64,000 bases of DNA from Pirellulales bacterium (GTDB lineage: Bacteria > Planctomycetota > Planctomycetia > Pirellulales > UBA1268). The stretch covers positions 33,202 to 97,201 of the forward strand of contig JBBAVV010000007.1 of the NCBI GenBank assembly GCA_040397545.1. The letters run 5' to 3'. The number at the start of each line of letters is the position of its first letter. The first letter of the stretch is position 1. Positions 1 through 10,600 of the stretch are shown here, in pieces. The translations under genes and the position numbers were made by a program. Below the pieces are notes generated by a model, which saw only the letters and a list, made by a program, of their open reading frames with translations, was not told where the DNA came from and made no database searches.

Positions 1-1645
1 GGGGCGTGCGGGACGGTCGTCCACGGCGTCCCGGTCCGCGCTTCACGGTACTGGATCAGGTAGTCCGAGATCACACCGCCGCCGTTGGAGGCCGGCGTCC
101 CCCAGGCAAGCGTCACCTTCTGGTCGCCGAACGTGCCGACGAGGTTCACCGGTGCCGAGGCGGTCGTCATCGGCACCAGCGGACCGGCGATATTGCTGGA
201 GGGACTCGCGCCGGCCACATTCACGGAGCGGACCCGGAATTCATACGACGCACCGTTGGTCAGCCCGGTGACGGTGATCGCGCTAGCGGCCGTCGGGGCA
301 TGGGCAAACGCCGTCCATGAGGCCGACGTCGTCAGCCGGTACTCGACGATCGAATCGACAATCGCCGCGCCGCCGTTGTCGCTCGGCCCGGTCCAGGTGA
401 GGGCGACGCTCGAATCGCCGCGGACCCCGGCGAGGCCCGATGGGGCGGTCGGCACCGTCATCGGCGTCACCGGGCTCGACGGCGTCGACCAAGCCCCCAG
501 GCCGTAGGAAGTAATCGCTGCCACGCGGTAGGTGTAGGTCGTGCCGTTGATCAGCCCGCTCACCGTGAAGGAGGTCACCGCCGACACCGCGTCGGCCACG
601 ACCGCCCAGCTCGCACCGCCATCGAGGCTCGACTGGATCTGGTAATCGGTGATCGCCGAACCCCCGTTGCTGATCGGAACCATCCAGGTCAGATCGACCT
701 GGCCGTTGCCGCCGAAGACCGAGAGATTCCGCGGCGGCGATGCCGGAGCGACCGGCGTGATCGGACCGGCGACGGCGGAGTAGGCCGACGTGCCGACGGC
801 GTTGGTGGAAGCCACCCGGAACTCGTAGGCCGTGCCGTTGGCGAGCCCGGTGACCTGAACGGTCGTGCCGGTAATCGGCGAAACCGGCGTGAAGGTCTGC
901 CAAGCGCCACCGCCGACGACGCGGTACTGGACGGCATGGTTGACAACCGTCGAACCGCCGTTGAAGCCGTCGACCCAGGCGAGCGTCACGAGCGAGTTGC
1001 CGACGCTGGCCGTGAGCGTTGTGGGGGCGTCGGGGAAGGTCATCGGGACCACGGCGAGCGACACCGTGCTCGGATTACCGGCGCCGTACTCCGTGATCCC
1101 GCTGACGCGGAAGACATGGCTGACGCCATTGGTCAGGCCGGTAACGATGATGCTCGTGGCGGTCGACGCCGGGTGGGCGAAGGTCTGCCACGACGCGCCG
1201 CCGTCGACGATGTATTCGACGCGATAGTCGGTGAGCGGAGCGCCCCCGGTGAACGTCGGCGCGGTCCACGCGAGGGTGGCCCTGGCGTTGCCACCGTTGG
1301 CAGTCAAGTTCGTCGGCGCGCTGGCCGGAGCGAGTGGCTTGACTGAAGCCGAAGGCGCCGACCAGATGCCGTCGTCGATGCCCGTCGTCTCGTTGACGGC
1401 ATTGCGGGCCTGGACGCGGAAGACGTAGACCGTGCCGTTGACCAGGCCGGTGACCGTGGCGGTCGTGGCCGGAGAGATCCCGTCGCTGAACAGCGTCCAG
1501 GTGAGACCGCCGTCGGTCGACGACTGGATGAGGTAGTCGAGGATCGGCGTGCCGCCGATCAACTTCGGCGGATCCCACGAGAGCGTGACCCGCGAATCGC
1601 CGCGGGTGCCGACGACGTTTTGCGGGGCGGTGGGAATGTCGGCCA
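1..1645 (-). repeat. Array of fibronectin type III-like modules (5 complete plus 1 partial in the window, roughly 95-100 aa each) at the C-terminal part of the giant protein
   Basis: Translated repeats follow the pattern P.AP.NL.A..G...V.L.W..P...GG..I.DY.IQ/EY....G..W......T..T.TGL.NG..Y.FRV.A.N..G.S. One example is PTAPSGLAGVRGDSSVALTWTGPSDNGGAAIVDSIVEYRLTTSASWTAFAHAPTAASAITVTGLTNGASYEFRV, encoded around 240..470. Confidence 0.8.
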
Positions 1646-4600
1646 GGGCGATCTGGAATGTTGTCGAGCCGTCGGCCTTGTTGGGGAGGAGCGTGTTGTT
1701 GGCCCGATCGATGAGGAGGCCGGCGACGGTCCCCGTCGCCGCCCGGGTGGTCGCGGTGATCCGGTAGGTTCCCAGCGCGAAGGCCGAGATCGACTCGAAG
1801 ATCACCTGGTTGGAGTTTTGCAGATAGCGGAAGAGATAGTCGATTCCAGCGGTCAGCGTCACGCCGTCACGGGTGACGAGGAATGCCGCGGACGTCACCG
1901 TCGACTTGTCGATCCCTACCCCCTGGTCGTCGATCTGGAGGACGAACCGGGTGATCCCCACCCCGTCGGCCCGCTCGAGGCGGATCGCGTCGAGGGAACC
2001 GTCCCGATCGATCGGGGTGACGGGATTGCCGTCGATCGGATTGACGATGATCAGCGTCGGCTGAACGAAGTCAACGCGGTCGATGGCACCGCGATCCTTG
2101 AAGACGTTGCTGCCGAGACCGGGGGCGCTGGCCACCGACGGCTCGTCACCACGAAGCTGACCGTAGAGATCGCGGTCGGGGGCGATCACCGGCGACTGCG
2201 CGATCCCCAGCGGGCTCTTCACGGCGACATACTCGCTGCGATCCTGGAGCGAGTTGACCGAGCTGTCGATCGCCTCCGAGCCCCCGACGAGGTAGAAGTT
2301 GCCGCCGGCCGCATTGACGAAAGGATTGCCGGAGAGGGAAATCGCCGAGCTCTCGTTCGCTCCGCTGACCGCCGTCCCCACCTCCCAGTAGGCCGAGGCC
2401 CCGATCACCGTCCGATGGTTACCGGCGCCGTCGAGCCGCGACGTGCCGTCGACGGTGACGCCCGTGGAGAGGTTGGCGAAGAGGTTGTTGAGAATCGTCG
2501 GCGCGGCGTTGTCGCGGACCTCGATCCCCGTCCCGTTCGAAGGCCCGCCCCAGATCGTGTTGTTGACGAGGCGACCAAAGGGCACCGGCCCGGCCGGCAC
2601 ACCGGTCCTGCCAGCATCGCCGGCGAAGAGGATGCCGACCCTGCCCGGATTGGCGATGACGTTGTTGACCGCCACGGCCCCGGCAACGAGGCCGGGATTG
2701 TTGAGAATGGCGAGATTCCGCACCGGCCCCGGATTGGACAGACCATTCCCCGCATCCCGCGCTCCGGCGGTGATGCTGATGCCGTAGGTCGCTGCATCGG
2801 AGATGAGGTTGTTGGCGATGACGAACTGCCCCTGCGTCCGGGGGTGGTTTTGGTCGCCGATCGTGCCGGTGTTCTTCGTCGGCGGATCGACCGTGATCCG
2901 GAAGTCGTCGAGGACAAGCCCGCCGGCCCTGGCCGCAACGAGCGTCGGGGAGATGTCGAGGCGGGAACTACCTGCCTGGAAGAAGCCGATCACCGTCGTC
3001 GCCGAGAGCGTGAGGCGGGCCTCGGCGAGGTCCAGCCGCACGGTGCTGAGCGTGCCCTGCGTGTTGCCGAGGGAGGCAAGCGTGACCCAGTTCACGCCGC
3101 CGTCGACGCTGATCGCCACGCCGGTGCCCGACGGGATGATCTTCCGGCCGCCCACGGTCGGCGTCTGGAAAGCAGGCGGGAGCGCCTTGGCCTCCTGGGC
3201 GGGGAGCGTGAGGTACTTGAACTCGAGCGTGCCCCGCGTCTGGCCGGCAAGGTCGACCGTCCACGCCAGGAGGTTGTTTGTCCACGTGTCCGTGGCACTC
3301 GAATCGAGCACTGCCACGCGGTCGCCCGCCGCGGGCTCGAGGCCAATCGTGTCGAACAGCTGTTGCTCAAAGGGATTCCCGGGCATCCAGCGGATCCGGC
3401 CGTTGCCCGCCGCCGAGATCGCCCCCCCCACGCTGTCGACGACATTCACCTCGAGCACCTTCGCCGGGGCCGAGGGCGCCTGAACGAAGCCGTCGTTGGT
3501 GTCGATCGTGCCGAAGATCGTGATGTCACTCGCCGTGGAATCGAGTTGCACGGCGTATTCCGTGCCGCGACGGATCTCGAGGTTGTATTCGCCCGAGAGC
3601 GACTGCTGCGGATAGGTCTTGCCGACGGGCGTGGCGACGCTGAACATGCTCGTGGCGCCAGTGCCCCCGGTGACCATCTCGCCGCGCTCGGCAAAGCCGA
3701 CGATGATGTCGTCGATGTAGAAGCCTTCGAAGGCGTTCCGCTGGCCACGCTCGGAGCTGTTCCAGTTGCCGACCGTTCCGGCAAGGCCGTCGATGTCGTT
3801 GAGATTACGGTTCGCGATGTCGTAGAAGTTGAGCCTGTTTCCGGCGACAAGCGTGACGGCGCTCGAGAGTGTCACCTGCGTAGCACTGGTGATCGCCTGA
3901 ACGGTCGGCGAACCGGTGATCCCCGGCCCGGTGACGACCATCCCGACCCGCAGCCCGGAGACGCTGTCGAGCGTCACCGACGTCCCGGCCGCGGCGGCGA
4001 CCGTCTTGATCTCGTCGGCCGAGGTCCGCTTTGCGGCCGCGTCCATCTCGCCGGCCGTGCTGAAATCGAAGCGGAGCTGGATGTTCGACTTCCCGGCCCA
4101 GGCGCCGAGATCGACGCGAGCCTGCCGCCAGCTGCCGGTGGAATCGAACAGCTCCTGCACCGACTGGTTGCTCGACGTGCCCGCCGCCGACGAGGCGGTG
4201 ACCGTGTTGGGGAGTTCGGCATTCACGTCGTCGAGCGCCGACTTCGGGCTGTTGTTCGTCGCAATCACTTCCCAAGTCAGGCCGTTGTCGACGGAGATGA
4301 ACACCCGCGCGCTATCGCGCATCGTGTCGTTGTCCCGGTCGCCCTGGGCGTTTTGGGTGTCGAGGAAGTAGTTGAAATAGAGCGTCGGCTTGTCGGTGTA
4401 GCCGTAGCCCGCGAGGCTGAACGAGTTGGTGACAAGGCTCCCCTGGGCGCCGCCGGGGAGGTTGTAGTTGTTGCCGATCTCGGAGTTGGCCGAGAGCTCC
4501 TGCTGCCAGTTGAAAGCCCCCGAGTTGAGGACACCGTACTGGGCGTTCGTGCCGGTAGGATTGAACCTGTTGTAGGTATTGTCGGCGTCGGCGTACTCCT

Positions 4601-7600
4601 CGAGGCCGAAGTACATGCTCACACCGCCATCCTTGACATCGTCCCCCGTGCGCGAGTTGTCAGGGGTGGCATTGATCCCGTGGCCGGCATTCGCGGCCCG
4701 GGCCGTCGTCGGGTGCCAGAGGTTGACGTCGAGCGGCGAGAAGGCGAGGCCCGTGGCTCCACTGCGGATCGGCATCGAGATTGAACTCTCAGGCACGCCG
4801 TCGCCGTTGTTGTCGAACACGTTCTCCATGAGTGACGCCGTCGTCCCCAGAGCGTTGAGCTGGATGCACACGAGGCGTCCGGTGTTCGTAATCGCGAAGA
4901 ACGTTCCCTGGTAGCGCCCGCCTTCAAGGTTGGCCGGAGCCGTGGCGAGTCCCTGGAAACCGACGGTGCCGTCGCCGAGAGCCGCCAAAGCCGCGGAGAA
5001 ATTCGCCAAGGGGGTCGCTGACGCGCTCGACGTGCTCACTCTGTAGAACTGCCCACCGCTGCTGACGCCGAACAGGGTGCCGAAGTTCTCGTTGCGGAAT
5101 TGGAGTCCTGTCGTGAGTCCGCTGATGGCCGATGGCCTGAACGTCACATCGACGCTCGTGGCCCCGGGGTCGGTGGCGAACGTGAACGTCAGGCGCCCGC
5201 TCGTGTTGCTGATCGTCCCCGAGAGCGCCTTCGTTCCTGTGAAACCGGGCACATCGGTGAACGTGACGGTGCCGAACTGGCTCACCGTGAATGTCTGGGC
5301 GGCGACACCTCCGACGTTGAGTGTGCCGGTGATCGACCCCCGGACGAACGAACCAGTAATCTGATAGGTAGCCGAGGTCGAGCCCACGCCGATGATGGTT
5401 TCGTTGACCGGCGTGCCGCCTATGGCGTCGGCGATGGTCCCGCGCTGACTAAAGGGAGGGTCGTCCTGGTTGAACGAGGCATTTGCGTTGGTCCTCCCCC
5501 AATAAAGGAGCGAGCTAGAGCCACTGCGGACGGAGTAGAAGATCGAGTTCTCGTATTCCCCGATGTCGGTGCGGCCGATCGCCACCGCATCGACCGAACT
5601 GCTCGTCAGCTTCCACCAGTCGGTGTCAGCGGGGCTGTCGGGAACACTCGGAATAGCATCCCCCTCGTCGGAGAGGATCGCACCGGTGCCGGTATCGATG
5701 CGGCGCAGACGACCGACGTTAGCAGCGTCGTCGAACTGTCCAAAGTATTGGTAGAGCCGACCGTCGGGACGCATGTCGATGTCGCCGACGCTCCCATTAC
5801 CCGAGTACCCCTCGCGAATCGTGGCGACGGTACCGCCCGTGAGGGCATTGCCGGTGTAGAGGCCGTCCCCGGTCGAAACGAAGAGCGGAACATCCGCGAG
5901 CGAGAAGGCCCGGACGTTGGCCGAGAGTTGCTGCGCCGTGCCGACGTTGATCAGCGGTCCCTGCGTCGGCTTCACCTCGAGGCCGGTGGAGGTGTAGCCC
6001 GTCGAGCCGATGTGATCCTCGATCACCCGTTGCACGGAGTTGACCGGCTCCAGGCGCACCAGGGCGCTGGTCGCACCGCTTCTGAACGTACCGTCGAGGG
6101 AGCTGGGAAGTTGGGCGTTGGAGGTGATCGCGACGTAGTACTTGGTCGGGTCGGTCGGTGTGGCCCCGGCCGGGAGTTGCACGGTGCCGATAAAGGGATC
6201 GAGCTTGCCGACGGAGCCGCGAGAGAGATCCTTGAAGTCGTTCCCCTGACCGGCCCCGGGCTGGTCGGCGGCAACGTTGGAATCGCGGCCGACATAGATC
6301 AGCGCGCCGGCCGAGTCGAAGACCGACATCGTCAGGTCGCCACGGATGCCGTTGGCGTAATCGATGTCCAGGACCGTTGCCCAGGTCTTCTTGCCGCCGT
6401 TGACGCCACCGATCGCTTGGATGCCAGCGTAGTCAACCGAGAAGGTGTACCAACGGACGTCGGTCGACGACTGGACGTTACCCGCCAAGCTGATCGTGTT
6501 TTGATCGCTCTGAAGGAGCTTGCCGACGTCCTGGGCATAGATGAATTGATTGTTGGTATTCAGGGCACTTTCCCCGGCGGTGCCCGCCAGGAGCGAATTG
6601 CGCGGCAGCCCCTGAACGTCGATGCCGATCGTGGCAAAGCGGATGTCGGCATACTGGACCGTCGAGCCGGGCACCTGATCGCGCTGCTGGAGGCGGATTC
6701 GCAGTTCGTAGGCCCCGCTGGTGGCCCCTGACTTGACGTCGGAATTGGTGAGCGCGGCCTCGTAGGCAGTCTTTGTCGCGGAAGGCACGACATTCGGCTG
6801 GCTGCGGACACGGACAAAGTAGGTGTTGAGGCTGCCATTGCTGCCGGGGAGGATCGCCCGGAAGCCGGCGTCGCGCGGATTGACCGTGGCGTAGTCGTTG
6901 CCGCGGTAGGCATCCTTTTGCAGCGGCAGGGCGCCATGCTCGCCGGTAGCCGTGTAGCCGAGCGCGGAGACCGACAGGGCACCGTAGGAATAGTTGGCCT
7001 CGATGCGCGTCGTAGAGGCCGCCACGGAGCTGTTCCAGACGAACGTGATCGCGCCGCTGTCGCGGTTGAGCGTCGCCGAGGAGACCCTCTTTGCCGGGCT
7101 CCCGATCGCCGTAAACGTGAACGCCCCGGCCCGGTTGAGCGTGAATGTCTGGATCGCTGTGTTGCCGTTGTAGATCATCCCAGAGAGCGTGCCGGGGAGG
7201 ATGTTCTGGTGGGCAAGCTGGTAGGTGAGCGTGGTCCCATTGGCGGAGTTTCTCACGATCTCGCCGGTCACCGAGGCGGTGTCGGTCTGGCTGTCGGCCG
7301 AGCGAGCGAGGACAGTGCCGGAGGCGTCGAGCAGCTCGAGCATCGTGTCGAGGGCCGTCGAGGTCTTGTCGATGTCGAGCCACACCTCCGACCCGGCGTA
7401 GCCGGTGAAGCTGTAGATGTCGACGTCTCTGGAATCGTCGGTGGCGATCGTGCCGCGGACGGCAAAGCCGTCGCGCCGGTTGTCGTCGCTGGCCTTGTTT
7501 TGGACCGATTCCGAGGACGCCGTGCCGGTCGTGAAGGTCGGCGCGAGGACGCCGAGCACCTGGGCGGCATCGGGGACCTGATTGATGTCGACCAGGTTCG

Positions 7601-10600
7601 TGAACGACTTCTCCAACTCACGGACGATGGCGACGTTGGTGTCGTTGGAAAGCGGGAGGAACTTCAGGCTCCGCCAGCTGCCGGTCACAGGGGCCGTCGC
7701 CGTGGCGTCGATCCAGGCCCGGCCGTCGTTGTTGGTGTCGAGAACGGTGCGCCCGAGCGGATCGAGGCTCGCGCCGACGGTGTCGTCGTAGAGGCTCGTG
7801 AGCACGACCGGGTATCCCGGCGCGCCAACGAATTGGATCGAGCCGCCGATCCGGTCGTCGATCTCGCCCGGCGTTCCGGTAGCGGTAAAGCCTGCATTGG
7901 GGCCGTCGAGTTTGACCACGAGGCTCGCCCCGGCCTTGCTCTCCAGTCGCAGGCTCGTGGCGGTATGGTAATTGTCGACGACGATCTCGTTTTTGAGGAC
8001 GTGGACGTGGTCGTCATCGTCCCAGACGCTGTCAACCATGATCTGGCCGCCACGGACAACCACGCCACTGATCGACGGCGCATAGCCGGCCGTACCAGCC
8101 TGTGGGAGATAATCGTCAGCCGCCGAGTAGTTGACCGAGTAGCCCATGTCCTGGAACGCCCCGACCGTGAGCCGGGTGAGGGGGTTGATGCCGGCGTTGA
8201 GGAAGCCGGTGAGGAGCTCCGAGCCGAAGATCGCCTCCGACCAGTGCGCGAAGGCGGTGCCCGCGCCGCCGCCCCCTTCGAGCGGCACGGCGGTCGCCGT
8301 GGCATCGAACGTGTTGCGGTACTCTTGCAGCGCGTTGGCACCGACGTAGCGCACCCCCGAGATCAAGTTGAGGAGGTTACTCACGTTGGTGAAGCCGAGC
8401 GCGTGGCCGATCTCGTGCGTGAGGATCGTCACGAGTTGGCTGCTCGCGGCATCGGCCATGTCGACGCCGACCTCGGCCTTGTAAGGGAGGAACCGATTCC
8501 GGTCGGTCGCCGAGCGGAAGGCCGTCGGCCCGGCGTTGGCAAGGGTGCCGCCGGAGCCGTCGCTGCCGGTCGCGCCGAGGAGGCCCGGCTGGACCCGGAT
8601 GACGATGTCGTCGATGACGGTGCCGTCGCTGTCACGCACCGACGTGAGGTCGCCGGTGACCACCGTCTCCCAGCGGAAGGCGGCGGCCGTCATCGCATCC
8701 CTGATCGCCTGCGACACACCAGCGGCGAAGTCGAGGGTGATGTCGAAGGCCCCCTTTTGCCGGTCGGTGGCATAGTTGATCTTCGTCGAGATCCGATTGT
8801 CGCGGAGGAGCGGCCCGACGTTGTCGTCATACTCGGCGAAGCGACCGATCTCGCCGGTGCTCCTGCCGTAATCGGGCCTCGCCCCATCCGACATCGCGTT
8901 GGCGTTGACGCTCATCGTAGCGCCCGAGTTGTCGCGGAAATCGTTGCCGACGATCACCGGCTGAGCGGCGCGGACGAAGACGGTCGACTCGTCGTTGCTG
9001 CCGCGGGCATTGCGGTCGGTGGTCGAGCGGCCAGAGGCATTGAACTCGATCCGGCTGTTGGCGAGACGCAGCTCACCCTGCTGGACTTCGAAGGCATCGA
9101 AGCTGTCAAATCCCCCCTCGATCGCCGTCAGACCACCGGCATAAGCGACGTAGGCGTTGTCGATGCTCGCCTTCGATCCGGCTTGGATGACGATCCCACC
9201 CCAGTCTCCCGGGGAGCGGACGTCGGGGGCGTTGCCGTTGGTGTCAAAGGTCCCCCCGGCGCCGTACCGATTGTCGGCGAGGCTCGTGAAGATCACCCGC
9301 TGCTCCGTCGTCCCCTCGGCGATGAGCTGCGCGTTGCCGCGCTCCAATTCGATCCGTGCTCCCTGGAGCTTAACCACGACGCCCGGATCGATGAGCAGCC
9401 GGCCGGTCGCCCGGGCTTCCGGGCTCCCGGTCGCCTCGTTCAATCGATAGCCGCCGGCACCGCCGGCGACGATCAGATTCTCTTGGATCACATAGACGAT
9501 ATCGGTGCTCTTGAAGCGGGCCGGCACGTCGAGCTTGTCGATCGGGCTGCCGAGCGCCGTGCGGATGCGAACGAACAGCCCGTTGATCGTGTTGCCGAGG
9601 AGCCGGTTGCCGCGGACCTCCAGTCCGTAGCGGCCGTCGGCATCGAGGAAGGCGCCGGGATCGGCCGAAATCGCCGGCCCGGCGCTCGCCATGATCTCGT
9701 TGAAGGCCAGCGTCGGCCGGGTGCTCTCGACATGGATCGGCGCGAACGACTGGAGCTCCGAGTCGACGAACACGTTGCCGCCGCCGTACTTGAGCGACGC
9801 CAGGCTGATCGAATTGAGGAACACCTTCCCGGTAGCGGAATCGGAGTCGCGCCGCAGGACGATGCCGCCCCACTGCCCCCCCTGCACCGCCGGCCCGACG
9901 CCGTCGCTGTCGCCGCCGAGCGCGTCGTCGTGGTAGGAGGAGAACTTCACCCGCGCCGACGGCGTGCCGAGCACCTGGAGCGCGGCACCGGCCCGGGAAA
10001 CGAGCCCCGACGAGCTGCCGACGTTGATGACGGCGGCGCGGAGCTTGAGCGCCGCCCCCTCGTCGACCATCACCGTCACCCCCTTCGGAACGTTGAACGT
10101 CGCCCCGTCGGACAGCGCCGCGCCAGAGAGCGCCGAGCCGATGAGGTAGGGCTTGTCGTCGACCGTCGAGGCGTCGTTGCCGGTGTTGCCGAGGATGCGG
10201 ATGATCCGCGTCGAGGGGGTGACTGCCGCGAGCGCCGCGGTGATCGTCCGGTAGGGGCTCGACAGCGTGCCGAAGGTCAGCCCGAAGGCAGCGCTGGTGG
10301 CCGTGGCTGCCTTCGAGAGCGTGAACTGTGTCGGGCTGACGACCGCGGCGACCGTGGTCCCGACCGGGATGCCGGTATTGGTGCCAACGCCGACGACGAC
10401 GCGGCCGACGACGAGATCGGCGGTGCTGGCGACGGTCACGGTGGCGGAACCGCTGACGATCGACGCGGTGGTGTTGACCCCCGCCTTGTCGACCCAGAGC
10501 GTGCCGGCCGACGTGGCCGTGTTGAACCAGAAGTCGAACGCGCCGCCCACCTTGCCGTCGCGGTCGCCGTCGATCGCCGTGCCGGTGGCATCGACGATCG